DNA of 64,000 bases. It comes from an uncultured Thermococci archaeon. Lineage in GTDB: Archaea > Methanobacteriota_B > Thermococci > Methanofastidiosales > Methanofastidiosaceae. The stretch spans positions 4,530 to 68,529 of the forward strand of contig CAZUMN010000002.1 in NCBI GenBank assembly GCA_964621955.1. The letters run 5' to 3'. Within the stretch, counting starts at the first letter, position 1. Every line of letters begins with the position of its first letter. A model generated the notes under the pieces. That model ran no database searches. It had not been told where the DNA came from and saw only the letters and a program-made list of their open reading frames with translations. Shown one piece after another: positions 9,824 through 19,135 of the stretch. Position numbers and translations under genes: made by a program.

Positions 9824-10516
9824 TTGATATCTCTAGATGATGCAGTTACTGCAAAATATAAGTACCAGGGTGAACATTTTGAGATCTTAGTCGATCCCAA
9901 AAAAGCCCAAGAATTTAAGGGAGGAAATGAAGTAGATGATTTCCTCGCCACAAATTTTATTTTTAAAGATGCCGACAAAGGAGATAAAGCGTCTCCAGAC
10001 TCTCTTAAAAAGGCATTTGGTACAGATAACGTTAATGAGATTTCAAAAATTATTCTTAAGAAAGGAGAAATACACCTTACTACCGATCAGAGAAGGGCAA
10101 TGATGGAAAACAAGAGAGCCCAGATTATTTCTTATATTTCAAGACATGCTATAAATCCTCAGACAGGACACCCACACCCACCACAAAGAATAGAAAATGC
10201 CTTAGAAGAAGCAAGGGTCCAAATAGATATGTACAAGAGAACTGAAGACCAGATTAAGCAGATAATTCATGTATTGGCCCCAATAATACCTATTAAGATT
10301 GAAAACAGGAGAATTGGAGTCAAAGTGCCTGCGGAGCATGCACCTAAAACAATGGGATTTGCAAAAAATCTTGGTACTATTATTAAAGAGGAATGGGGAA
10401 GAGATGGCTCTTGGATGTTTGTAATTGAAATACCAGCTGGATTACAAGACGACCTTTTCAGTAAGTTGAACAGCGCTACAAAAGGAAACGTTGAGACAAA
10501 GATAATGGATAAATGA
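9824..10516 (+). CDS. SBDS-family ribosome maturation protein (Sdo1)
   Basis: SLDDAVTAKYKYQGEHFEILVDPKKA is a typical SBDS N-terminus. TTG start. Conserved superoperon position. Confidence 0.9.
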   Translation: MISLDDAVTAKYKYQGEHFEILVDPKKAQEFKGGNEVDDFLATNFIFKDADKGDKASPDSLKKAFGTDNVNEISKIILKKGEIHLTTDQRRAMMENKRAQIISYISRHAINPQTGHPHPPQRIENALEEARVQIDMYKRTEDQIKQIIHVLAPIIPIKIENRRIGVKVPAEHAPKTMGFAKNLGTIIKEEWGRDGSWMFVIEIPAGLQDDLFSKLNSATKGNVETKIMDK

Positions 10517-10531
10517 TACGGAGAGATAACA

Positions 10532-11212
10532 TTGGAATTTTTAGTTAAGGATAGATCGATTGTCACGCCAGGTATGGCTATTGCAAAAGGGCCTTTTAGA
10601 TATGAATATGGGGTGGATAAATTTGAGGATACAATAATATCCTCTGTTTTAGGAATAGTCTATATTGAAAATGACGGCGTTAAGGTAGTTCCACTTGAAG
10701 GCAAATATATGCCAAAAAGGGGCGATGATGTAATTGGGACAGTTGTAAGCATAAATCCTCTAAGTTGGGATTTGGATATAAATGCCCCTTACATGGCCAA
10801 TCTTCATGTCCAGGATGCTTTGAGGTATGTCAAGGACACTTCAAATCTTGAGAGGATATTCAAAGTAGGCGATGTAATTTATGCAAATGTTAGAGATGTC
10901 GGAGAATCTTCAGACATTGTTTTACAGTCAAAGGAAAGACCTTACGGTAAAATGAAATGGGGGAGAGTTGTAAATATTCATGCTACAAGGGTCCCCAGAG
11001 TAATTGGTAAAAAAGGATCTATGATTAAGTTATTGAAACAAATGACCAAATGCGAGATTATGGTCGGACAGAATGGCAATATATGGATCAAGGGCGAGAG
11101 ACAAATGGAAGATATTGTTGAGAGAGCCATTCTTAAAATCGATAGAGAAGCCCATATACCAGGGCTAACAGACAGAATAAAAAAAATACTTGAAACTGAA
11201 TTATCAAGATAA
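10532..11212 (+). CDS. rrp4: Exosome complex RNA-binding subunit Rrp4 (S1 + KH)
   Basis: S1 region GDDVIGTVVSINPLSWDLDI. KH region VIGKKGSMIKLL. Synteny with rrp41/rrp42. Confidence 0.9.
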   Translation: MEFLVKDRSIVTPGMAIAKGPFRYEYGVDKFEDTIISSVLGIVYIENDGVKVVPLEGKYMPKRGDDVIGTVVSINPLSWDLDINAPYMANLHVQDALRYVKDTSNLERIFKVGDVIYANVRDVGESSDIVLQSKERPYGKMKWGRVVNIHATRVPRVIGKKGSMIKLLKQMTKCEIMVGQNGNIWIKGERQMEDIVERAILKIDREAHIPGLTDRIKKILETELSR

Positions 11213-11227
11213 TATTAGGTGTTATAT

Positions 11228-11956
11228 ATGGAGAAAGACATAAAGTTCTTTACTAATGGCAAGAGAATCGATGGAAGAGCCGTCGATGAATTGAGAAACA
11301 TAAAGATAGAAGTTGGAGTTTTTAAAAGAGCGGATGGCTCATCTTATATTGAATGGGGCGGAAATAAGATTTATTGTGCCGTTTATGGCCCAAGAGAAGC
11401 TTACCCCAGATTTCTTCAAAAGTCAGACAGGGCCATATTAAAGTGCAGATACAACATGGCTTCTTTCGCAGTTGAAGAGAGAAAAAGACCTGGCCCAAGC
11501 AGAAGGGGAGTAGAAATAGGTAAAGTAACACAAGGTGCATTAGAACCTGCTTTGTTATTAGAAAATTTCCCAAAATGCATGGTTGAGGTTAATATTGAAG
11601 TTATCCAAGCAGATGCTGGAACAAGATGTGCAGGAATAACTGCTGCATCAGTGGCACTTGCCAATGCAGGAATACCTATGAAAGAATTGGTACCCGCATG
11701 CGCAGCTGGAAAAGTTGACGATAAGATTGTGTTGGATCTCTGTAAAGAAGAGGATAACTACGGTCAAGCAGATTTACCATTGGCACTTCTTCCAAGAAGA
11801 AACGAGTTCAGTCTTTTACAGATGGACGGAGACCTATCCGAAGAGCAGCTTGAAGAGGCTTTAGACCTCGGTAGGAAAGGATGTCTTGAAGTATATGAAA
11901 TTCAAAAGGAAGCGCTAAAGAAAAAATATGTAACGGAGGATGTGGCAAATGAGTAG
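11228..11956 (+). CDS. rrp41: Exosome complex exonuclease Rrp41 (RNase PH domain)
   Basis: [19 protein letters not shown]...[13 protein letters not shown]...[19 protein letters not shown]. Confidence 0.92.
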   Translation: MEKDIKFFTNGKRIDGRAVDELRNIKIEVGVFKRADGSSYIEWGGNKIYCAVYGPREAYPRFLQKSDRAILKCRYNMASFAVEERKRPGPSRRGVEIGKVTQGALEPALLLENFPKCMVEVNIEVIQADAGTRCAGITAASVALANAGIPMKELVPACAAGKVDDKIVLDLCKEEDNYGQADLPLALLPRRNEFSLLQMDGDLSEEQLEEALDLGRKGCLEVYEIQKEALKKKYVTEDVANE

Positions 11957-12749
11957 TGTTCTTTCAGATATTAAGAAAGAGTATATGATAAGCCTCTTGA
12001 AGAACGATAAGCGTGAGGATGGAAGAGGCCTTAATGACATGAGAGATCTAAAGGTCGATCTTGGAATTGTAAACAAAGCTGAAGGTTCATGCTACGTTCA
12101 AATTGGAGACACAAAAGTAATTGCTGGAGTAAAGTGTGAGACCGGAGCACCATTTCCTGACACCCCCAATCAAGGAGTTTTTACAACTAATGCAGAATTA
12201 ATTCCAATGGCATCCCCTGACTTTGAGGCAGGCCCACCAAGGGAAGATGCGATAGAACTTGCAAGAATAGTTGACAGAGGAATCAGGGAATCAGGCGCCA
12301 TTGACTTCCAAAAATTAGTCATTAAAGAAGGAGAGCTTGTCAGGGTCTTGTTTGTTGATATCCATATAATGGATTACAATGGAAACCTATTTGACGCAGC
12401 TGGAATTGCAGCAATAGGAGCTCTTTACAATACTAAAATGGCAGTATTAGACGAAGAAGGAAAGAAAACAGAAGAACTAATGCCGTTACCAATGAAAAAA
12501 ATCCCTGTACCCTGTACATATGCAAAAATAGCAGATTCAATCTTATATGATCCTTCAATGGAAGAGGAAAGTGTAATGGATTCAAGAATTACTGCTACAA
12601 CTGAAGACAGTGGAAGAATATCCGCAATGCAGAAAGGGGACGTAGGAAGCTTTAAAAAAGAGGAGATTTTAGACATCGTCAGACGATCAAAGGTGAGGGG
12701 CGACGAAGTTAGGGCCCTTCTAAAAGAAAAATTCTCTGAAATGAGGTGA
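11940..12749 (+). CDS. rrp42: Exosome complex subunit Rrp42 (RNase PH-like)
   Basis: [18 protein letters not shown]...[14 protein letters not shown]. Its start overlaps the rrp41 end. Confidence 0.9.
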   Translation: MWQMSSVLSDIKKEYMISLLKNDKREDGRGLNDMRDLKVDLGIVNKAEGSCYVQIGDTKVIAGVKCETGAPFPDTPNQGVFTTNAELIPMASPDFEAGPPREDAIELARIVDRGIRESGAIDFQKLVIKEGELVRVLFVDIHIMDYNGNLFDAAGIAAIGALYNTKMAVLDEEGKKTEELMPLPMKKIPVPCTYAKIADSILYDPSMEEESVMDSRITATTEDSGRISAMQKGDVGSFKKEEILDIVRRSKVRGDEVRALLKEKFSEMR

Positions 12750-12754
12750 TGTTC

Positions 12755-13009
12755 ATGGCAGTTTCAAATAAGTCAAGCAGTGCAGGAAGATTTGGGCCAA
12801 GATATGGTAGAAAAATTAGAGTTAAAATCTCTAACATTGAAGCCCAGATGAGACAGAAACATAAATGTCCACAGTGTGGAAGAAAATCTGTAAAAAGAAT
12901 AAACACTGCAATATGGCAATGCTCAAAGTGTGATACTACTTTTGCCGGAGGCACATATCTTCCAGATACGCCTGTGGGAAGAGTTTCACAGAAGGCAGCT
13001 GTAAAGTAG
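12755..13009 (+). CDS. rpl37ae: Ribosomal protein L37Ae (eL43)
   Basis: [13 protein letters not shown]...CPQCG...[15 protein letters not shown] zinc ribbon. GAGGTGAT + 4 nt + ATG at 12755 (track start 12746 is GTG). Confidence 0.92.
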   Translation: MAVSNKSSSAGRFGPRYGRKIRVKISNIEAQMRQKHKCPQCGRKSVKRINTAIWQCSKCDTTFAGGTYLPDTPVGRVSQKAAVK

Positions 13010-13020
13010 GAAGTGAATAG

Positions 13021-13161
13021 TTGTATAAATGTATTGAATGTAAAAGAGTACTCACCCCTACGGAACTTGATGATATAAGGGGGATTAAATGCCCCTACTG
13101 TGGTAACAGGATATTCATCAAGATGAGGCCTGAATTGGCAAAGACAGTGCAAGCACGTTAA
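13021..13161 (+). CDS. rpoP: DNA-directed RNA polymerase subunit P (Rpo12/RpoP), 46 aa; absent from the ORF track
   Basis: My own translation gives (TTG)[45 protein letters not shown]. It has a CxxC...CxxC zinc ribbon. An in-frame TAG lies immediately upstream, and GGAAGTGA lies upstream of the start. This is the canonical position between L37Ae and the Brix gene. Confidence 0.8.
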   Translation: MYKCIECKRVLTPTELDDIRGIKCPYCGNRIFIKMRPELAKTVQAR

Positions 13162-13162
13162 T

Positions 13163-13675
13163 ATGATGCTTATCTCAACTTCTAGGAGGCCATCAACTAG
13201 GACTAGGTCCTTTGTTAAAGAGCTACTAGGAGTTATACCCCTTTCTTTTCAAGTTACAAGGGGTAAAAAATCTATTGAAGAGTTAAAGGATATTGCTGTT
13301 CTTAAAGGCTGCAGAAGATTGATGATAGTTGAATCAAAGGATGGAAATCCTTCTGCACTTTCTTTTATGCATATTGACAAGAAAGACTGGAAATGGCTAG
13401 GTGTTATAGATATTACAGTATCCCTCAGAAGGGAAATGAAAATAAATCATAAGCTAGTGTCATTTGATGATGATTTACCTCTTTTAATAAAAGGCGAAAA
13501 GGATGACTCTTTTGACTTTGTCAAAGAGATGTTCTTCTGCAATGATTATGATGAGAATATAGAAGGCTCTGTTCTTTTATGGAATGGCGGATTTATCAAC
13601 TTCATAAGAGATGAAGTTTCTGACCTTCCAATCGGCCCCAAAATTAATGTATTAAAATGGAAGCGTTTAATCTGA
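13163..13675 (+). CDS. Brix-domain ribosome biogenesis protein (Imp4-like)
   Basis: MLISTSRRPSTRTRSFVKEL is a typical archaeal Brix N-terminus. Conserved superoperon position. Confidence 0.85.
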   Translation: MMLISTSRRPSTRTRSFVKELLGVIPLSFQVTRGKKSIEELKDIAVLKGCRRLMIVESKDGNPSALSFMHIDKKDWKWLGVIDITVSLRREMKINHKLVSFDDDLPLLIKGEKDDSFDFVKEMFFCNDYDENIEGSVLLWNGGFINFIRDEVSDLPIGPKINVLKWKRLI

Positions 13676-14079
13676 TGTCAGTAACTAAAAATAAATCTAG
13701 AGGGGTCCGAGCTGAATATGAAGTCAAGAAATTTCTTCTTGAGAATGGTTATTTTGTCTTCAGCAAAAGAGTAAGCCAGAGTGGCCCTGACATAATAGCA
13801 ATAAAAGGCGAAAAGACAATAGTAATGGAGGTCAAAAACACCAAACTTTCAAGCATCAAAATCAAAAACTCACAGATTAAATCGCTTTTAGACACAGCCG
13901 CTGAAATATCCAAGAAGACCGTTCTTTCTCCAAAAACAGTCCTTGGGGTAAAATTTTCTTCAAAAGAGGGTGGTTGGACCTTTATTTCAATTGAAAATCA
14001 GATTTATGAAGATAAAATTATAAAAAAACAACATGAAAATCTATTAGAATTAAGCAAAGGCTTAAAAAGTTTTATTTAA
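13657..14079 (+). CDS. hjc: Holliday junction resolvase Hjc-like nuclease
   Basis: The PD-(D/E)xK arrangement is GVRAEYEV...GPDIIAIKG...VMEVKNTK, as in archaeal Hjc. Confidence 0.7.
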   Translation: MEAFNLMSVTKNKSRGVRAEYEVKKFLLENGYFVFSKRVSQSGPDIIAIKGEKTIVMEVKNTKLSSIKIKNSQIKSLLDTAAEISKKTVLSPKTVLGVKFSSKEGGWTFISIENQIYEDKIIKKQHENLLELSKGLKSFI

Positions 14080-14103
14080 CAAATAGAGAAAAGAGAGGGT
14101 TAG

Positions 14104-14415
14104 ATGCAAGGAGAATCAAATACATTTTATTCAAAAGGATCTAAAAAATTCAAGCAAAAAATATATTCTAAAAAAACTAAAAAATTGAACATGGGAAGAG
14201 TTTCAGACTTTAAATGGGATTTAAATCAAGTATTAAACAAAATGCCTGAAGATAAAGCCGGTCTTATTCGTGGGCCATTATATGCCAAAGCTTCAAAGAT
14301 AGGTTTTGACGAGGCTAAACAGTTCTTAAAGGACAAGGAAGATGAAGGGTTAATAGACACGGATATCGCGTTAGATATTCTCCGAGTTCTTTCTAAATAC
14401 TCAAAATTTAGATAA
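14104..14415 (+). CDS. Hypothetical protein (103 aa, basic N-terminus)
   Basis: ATG is preceded by GAGAGGGT. No motif recognised. Confidence 0.4.
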   Translation: MQGESNTFYSKGSKKFKQKIYSKKTKKLNMGRVSDFKWDLNQVLNKMPEDKAGLIRGPLYAKASKIGFDEAKQFLKDKEDEGLIDTDIALDILRVLSKYSKFR

Positions 14416-14533
14416 TCTTTTCTCTGATACTTTAATATGCCAATTCTAGATGGATTTAACATTTTTAAAGTAATAAATTTATATTCTGTTTATCATTAGA
14501 CTAGAATATACCAGGTATGGGTCTACTGATAAA

Positions 14534-15007
14534 ATGTCTTACAATCCAAAAAAAGATTACTATGAAATGATCGGGGGTATAACACCTTCATCTAACTTAA
14601 GGGAGATTAAGAAGGCTTACAGGAAAAAAGCCTTAGAGTATCACCCGGATAGGAATCCAGGAAAAGAAGACTTGGTAAAAAATAAGTTTCTCGAATTAAA
14701 AGAGATTTATGAAACACTCATTGACAAAGAGAAAAAAGCAGAGTATGATAAATATAGGGAGAAATTTTTATCAGCTAATAAACCTCTAAATTATGAAGGT
14801 CGTCCTGGATGGACCTATACAACAAATGTTGATGTTGACTCTTTAGGTCTTGACCCAATCCCGAGAACTTTTGTGAAGAGCAGACCTTACGTAGTATATG
14901 ATTATGCAAAAAATTCAAAGCAAGGTTATATCAGGATCATTATCTACTCGGCCATGTTCATAATGGTTTTAGTCACTATATACATGCTGAGCCTTCTTAG
15001 CCAATAA
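14534..15007 (+). CDS. J-domain (DnaJ-like) protein with C-terminal TM anchor
   Basis: DYYEMIG...EIKKAYRKKALEYHPDRNPG carries the HPD motif. The C-terminal TM segment is IIIYSAMFIMVLVTIYMLSLL. Confidence 0.8.
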   Translation: MSYNPKKDYYEMIGGITPSSNLREIKKAYRKKALEYHPDRNPGKEDLVKNKFLELKEIYETLIDKEKKAEYDKYREKFLSANKPLNYEGRPGWTYTTNVDVDSLGLDPIPRTFVKSRPYVVYDYAKNSKQGYIRIIIYSAMFIMVLVTIYMLSLLSQ

Positions 15008-15851
15008 GAGCCTTCTTTTCTATATACTTTTCGATCATCTTCGCATTCAACAAGGCCAGTTTCAAGCTTATCAGGGTTTTTTCTGCGGCAATCCTCTTCA
15101 AGATTTCAGTTGCATTTGGATCTGGGGATATTCTCTGAAGGCCGGAAAGGAAATCAGGAGAATTCAATTTAGAGAGGGTCGCAGCAATATCCTCTTCTTT
15201 AAATCTGCCCTTCTTTGGTATTATATCTTCTACAAGTCCGTCAAGAGATTCCATATCGAATTTATCGGACATGTAGTCATAGATTTTATTATTGAAAGAT
15301 TCCCTCATGGACAGAAGAAGCATCGCTATATCAAAATCTTCTGTAAGCTCTTCAACTTCCATTCTCTTGACGCATTTCCAGCCACTATAGTTACCGAGAA
15401 AATGGACCATCTCCTTGCCAGAAACGACCGTGCCCCCCTTGTCTTCAATAGGTTTCTGCCCGAGATACTTATCAAGGACATCTGGCGTAAGCCTTTCAAT
15501 CCCTAATTTTTCTAAGACCATTTCAGTAAGTATCCCTTTTGCAATATCTTTTGCTTCCTTAATATTCGCAATTTCTGATAATTTCTTTGTCGTCGTGGGG
15601 GATTTCGCCTTGTAAAGGGCGCCAGAAATAGTTTTTTCATCCTTTATTATTGTGTCAACTATACCCTGGATAAAATTTAGATCAAAACCCTGCCCTAAAT
15701 ACTGAAGGATCTTTTCATTAAATGACTCTCTTATAGAGAGTAATAATCGTGCAATATCAAGTTTCTCTTTTCCATCAAGGGACTCAAAACCTTTGTAGCA
15801 CTTCCACCCCTTGTAGTTACCGATAAACTCAACTCTTTCTGGCAACGCCAC
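14997..15851 (-). CDS. Hypothetical protein made of two tandem copies of a domain of roughly 65 aa or more
   Basis: FIGNYKGWKCYK...LDIARLLLSIRESFNEKI is repeated as FLGNYSGWKCVK...FDIAMLLLSMRESFNNKI. GGTGAT + 3 nt + GTG start. Confidence 0.6.
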   Translation of the reverse strand: MALPERVEFIGNYKGWKCYKGFESLDGKEKLDIARLLLSIRESFNEKILQYLGQGFDLNFIQGIVDTIIKDEKTISGALYKAKSPTTTKKLSEIANIKEAKDIAKGILTEMVLEKLGIERLTPDVLDKYLGQKPIEDKGGTVVSGKEMVHFLGNYSGWKCVKRMEVEELTEDFDIAMLLLSMRESFNNKIYDYMSDKFDMESLDGLVEDIIPKKGRFKEEDIAATLSKLNSPDFLSGLQRISPDPNATEILKRIAAEKTLISLKLALLNAKMIEKYIEKKALIG

Positions 15852-15962
15852 TATATCACCTTAGATTTTATTGCGCTCTGGATACTTAAAAGCGTTTACG
15901 AATATATTATAACTATTAACATCAAGTATAAAAACTAAGCCATTTAAAGGATAATTGGTAAG

Positions 15963-16874
15963 ATGAGGATAGCTTTCATAGGGTCAGGAGCCATAGGTAG
16001 TCTTTTTGGAGGGGTTCTAAAAAAAAGTGGTGCAGAGGTCTTACTGATTGGAAGGCAAAATCATGTAGACGCCATAAATAAAAATGGACTTTTTATTTCT
16101 GGTATTGATGAATTTAACGTTAGGATAAGTGCATCTTCTAATCCACTTGACGCACAAGGATCAGACCTCCTTGTTATTACAACTAAGGCGTATGACACAA
16201 AAAAAGCGCTCGAAGATATCATTCCGATTTTAAATGATAATACAAAAGTGATGTCGCTCCAAAATGGGGCGGGAAACATTGAAGAGATCTCTAGACTAGT
16301 AGACAAACAAAATATCATTGGGGCAGTAACAAGCATGGGCGCATTTCTTGAAAAGCCAGGCAGGGTGCAGTTCAGGGGAAAAGGAACTACCTTAATTGGT
16401 GCGATATCAGAAGAAAACAAGAATGCGAAAGAAATAGTCAGAATATTTAACAGTGCCGGAATTAAGGCTGAGCTTACAAATGACATAAAGAGTGAGATAT
16501 GGTCAAAAGTAATTATTAACTCGGCCATCAATAACCTTGCTTCAATTCTTGATGGCGAAAATGGAATCCTTCTGGATGAAAATCTTATTGAGATTGTAAA
16601 AGAAATCACAGCAGAAGGAAAGACAATTCTCCAAAAAGAAGGGATAGATATTTCTGATGACATTTTTGAAAAGACAGTAGAAGTCATTAAAAATACCTCT
16701 AAGAACATTAACTCAACCCTCTCAGATCTTAGAAAAGGAAAAAGGACAGAGATCGATTACATCTCCGGTAAGATTATTGAGCTTGGGGATAAATTAAATA
16801 TGCCCTCACCTTACAATAAGGCACTTTTTACCATGATAAAATATAAAGAGAATAAATTAATACAAAAATCCTAA
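15963..16874 (+). CDS. panE: 2-dehydropantoate 2-reductase (ketopantoate reductase, ApbA/PanE family)
   Basis: MRIAFIGSGAIGSLFGG Rossmann motif, then ...TKAYD...EIWSKVIINSAINNL...STLSDLRKGKRTEIDYISG. Confidence 0.85.
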   Translation: MRIAFIGSGAIGSLFGGVLKKSGAEVLLIGRQNHVDAINKNGLFISGIDEFNVRISASSNPLDAQGSDLLVITTKAYDTKKALEDIIPILNDNTKVMSLQNGAGNIEEISRLVDKQNIIGAVTSMGAFLEKPGRVQFRGKGTTLIGAISEENKNAKEIVRIFNSAGIKAELTNDIKSEIWSKVIINSAINNLASILDGENGILLDENLIEIVKEITAEGKTILQKEGIDISDDIFEKTVEVIKNTSKNINSTLSDLRKGKRTEIDYISGKIIELGDKLNMPSPYNKALFTMIKYKENKLIQKS

Positions 16875-17004
16875 TAACCTATATAAGTCTTGGATTTTAA
16901 TTAATATTGTGAATACTTTATCAATGATTTTTAGATTAATTATCGAATAGACCAATAGAAAAGTATTTTAATATTCACGAAATAAAACGTTAATAGGTGT
17001 TTTG

Positions 17005-18051
17005 ATGGAAGATGACGTATCCCTCATAATGTCGAAATTGATGGAAAAGGGTTATACGGAAGCTCAAATTAAAGAGAAAATAAGAATAAAAAAAGAATCT
17101 TTAATGTACGATATAACAACAAAAGGAATCCTTTCTATAATCGCTTCCGAAGAAGGGATAGCCCTACCTGGGAAGGAAGACCTAAAGATCGATACACTGA
17201 AAGAGGGAATGAAAGACGTTAATGTCTTGGGACGAGTTTCAAGAAAGTATGCCCCAAAGGAGTTTACAAGGGACGATGGGTCTCAAGGGGTAGTCCTTAA
17301 TGTCATAGTTTCGGATAAGACTGGAGAAATTCCCGTCGTATTCTGGGATGAGAACGCTGTCAAATGTTCTGAAACAGTGAACAGAGGGGACATCATAAAG
17401 ATAATCGCTGGGCAGGTTAAAGGCGGAATGAAAGGCCCCCAGCTTTTTATTACTTCAAAAACTAAGGTAATTATTAATCCTGAAGGGATTGATGAATCAT
17501 CTTTACCTGATACATCTACTATTAAATCCTTAAAATATGAGAGAACGATGGTATCCGAATTAAACCCCGGTGACAAATTCAAGGAAATTAGGGGAACGAT
17601 AGCCAAACTTTACTCTGTATTCTTTTATGACGGATGCCCCACATGTTTTAAAAAGATGGATGCACCCCAGAAAGGGTTCTGCAAACACTGTAAGTTAGAG
17701 GTATCCCCGATAAAAGTTGTCATACTGGATATAGGGATAGACGATTCAACAGGATATATCAGAGCTTCATTTTTCAAAGACAAGGCCGAGAAAGTATTGG
17801 GCGTAACTGCTGATCAAATTCATCAGGGCGTAAAAAGCTATCTTGAAAAAGGTTTTAATTTTAAAAATGCAGGTGAGGCTTACCTATCTGACAATCATTA
17901 CAATTTATTGGGAAAAGAAGTATTAATCTCTGGAAACGTTGCAGAAAATGAGTATATTGGAAATGTATTCCAGGCGCATAATTTATTTGATTTTGATTTA
18001 GAAGAAGAGATAGAGATGGTATTAGAGAACATAGGAAAGGAGATGCAATGA
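17005..18051 (+). CDS. Replication protein A large subunit (RPA41-like; OB folds + zinc finger)
   Basis: OB-fold region DVNVLGRVSRK...VVLNVIVSDKTGEIPVVFWDENA. Zn ribbon CPTCFKK...CKHCK. First gene of a three-gene RPA41/14/32-type operon. Confidence 0.7.
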   Translation: MEDDVSLIMSKLMEKGYTEAQIKEKIRIKKESLMYDITTKGILSIIASEEGIALPGKEDLKIDTLKEGMKDVNVLGRVSRKYAPKEFTRDDGSQGVVLNVIVSDKTGEIPVVFWDENAVKCSETVNRGDIIKIIAGQVKGGMKGPQLFITSKTKVIINPEGIDESSLPDTSTIKSLKYERTMVSELNPGDKFKEIRGTIAKLYSVFFYDGCPTCFKKMDAPQKGFCKHCKLEVSPIKVVILDIGIDDSTGYIRASFFKDKAEKVLGVTADQIHQGVKSYLEKGFNFKNAGEAYLSDNHYNLLGKEVLISGNVAENEYIGNVFQAHNLFDFDLEEEIEMVLENIGKEMQ

Positions 18052-18359
18052 AGCAAAATTACTCTATTGAGAAAGAGATACGCGAAATCAAAGGAGATGA
18101 GACTTTAGTTTCCTTCATAGGCATAGTTGTATCTATAGACCCCTCCACCTATATGCTGATCGTAGACGATGGAACAGGGGCGGTAAGTGTTTCATCAGAT
18201 AATCTGTATGACATGGAAAAAATTCTAAGAGTTATAGGAAGCCCCTACAAGGAAGGCGGACAGGTAATTGTGGACTCTGATATCATTCAAGATTTTACAG
18301 ATTTCAATCTTGACCTTTTTAGAAAAGTCCAGCAAATTGAAAAGGAGGTCTACCAATGA
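18048..18359 (+). CDS. RPA small subunit (RPA14-like OB-fold protein)
   Basis: 103 aa. ATGA overlap with the upstream gene. The OB-like core is VSFIGIVVSIDPSTYMLIVDDGTGAVSV. Assigned mainly by operon context. Confidence 0.55.
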   Translation: MKQNYSIEKEIREIKGDETLVSFIGIVVSIDPSTYMLIVDDGTGAVSVSSDNLYDMEKILRVIGSPYKEGGQVIVDSDIIQDFTDFNLDLFRKVQQIEKEVYQ

Positions 18360-19123
18360 AGAAGAGGATGCCATCTTCAAGACTTTCTCTGGCCGAGATT
18401 CACAAAGGTTATTTTGTAAAACCAGAGGATGATTTTGCAACTAATTATGTCATTACCCAAGACGGATTAAAGGTTTACAGGCTAAAAGGTGTCGCAACTA
18501 TAATGGCGGAGCCCAGGTTATCAGAGGATGGTACTTACGGCTCTGTTTTCTTAGACGATGGAACACAGAGCATAGTTGCCCTTGCATTTAGGGAGAATAC
18601 CAAACTTCTAATGTCAATTAAGAAAGGGGACCTTGTCCAGTTCATTGCAAAATTAAGTGAGTGGCAGGGTAAAAAGCAACTCAATCTTGAAGTATTATCT
18701 GTAGTTTCCCCGAACACGTTGACCCTTCACAGGGCTGAATCTGTCCTTGCTGCAATCAGGCAGAAGAAATATTTCAAAATAGCCCAGAAGATATATGACG
18801 AAGAAAAGAATGTGAGAAAGGCAATGGACCGTGCCAAGAAAGAGGGAATAAATCCTGACCTAATAGATGCCATCGAGGAGCTTAATTACCTAGTGGAAAA
18901 TGCGGAAGAAAGCCGTATCTTTGATTCTGACACAGCAATTGAATCAAGGGTAATGGAGGCTCTAGATAAGCTTGATGAGGGGGATGGTGTGGTCCTTGAC
19001 CTCATACTTTACGAGCTAAAGGATGATTATCTAGCAGATGACATTGATAACGCTGTAAGGGAACTCCTCTCAAGGGGAGACCTCTATGAGCCCAGGGTGA
19101 ACTACTTTAAGAAGGCCATCTGA
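18356..19123 (+). CDS. RPA middle subunit (RPA32-like; OB fold + C-terminal winged helix)
   Basis: ATGA overlap with the upstream gene. OB core LKGVATIMAEPRLSEDGTYGSVFLDDGTQSIVALAF. The acidic C-terminal wH-like domain is DAVRELLSRGDLYEP. Confidence 0.6.
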   Translation: MKKRMPSSRLSLAEIHKGYFVKPEDDFATNYVITQDGLKVYRLKGVATIMAEPRLSEDGTYGSVFLDDGTQSIVALAFRENTKLLMSIKKGDLVQFIAKLSEWQGKKQLNLEVLSVVSPNTLTLHRAESVLAAIRQKKYFKIAQKIYDEEKNVRKAMDRAKKEGINPDLIDAIEELNYLVENAEESRIFDSDTAIESRVMEALDKLDEGDGVVLDLILYELKDDYLADDIDNAVRELLSRGDLYEPRVNYFKKAI

Positions 19124-19135
19124 AGGGGGCTTAGT

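Noticed and set aside
12709-13152. 147-aa minus-strand ORF
   Set aside because: It overlaps rpl37ae and the hand-identified rpoP, both of which have strong zinc-ribbon signatures and conserved synteny.
16061-16708. 215-aa ORF antisense to panE
   Set aside because: It lies entirely inside, and opposite to, a gene with clear ketopantoate-reductase motifs. Its product is low-complexity and S/F/I-rich with no motif. It is a typical shadow ORF.
19121-19123. In-frame TGA between RPA32-like and TIGR00725-like ORFs as selenocysteine, read-through or a fusion protein
   Set aside because: TGA clearly terminates many other genes in the window, for example at the ATGA or TTGA overlaps at 5578, 6381 and 41074. 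I saw no obvious stable hairpin directly downstream. The two proteins are unrelated, stand-alone families. A near-cognate start is the simpler explanation.
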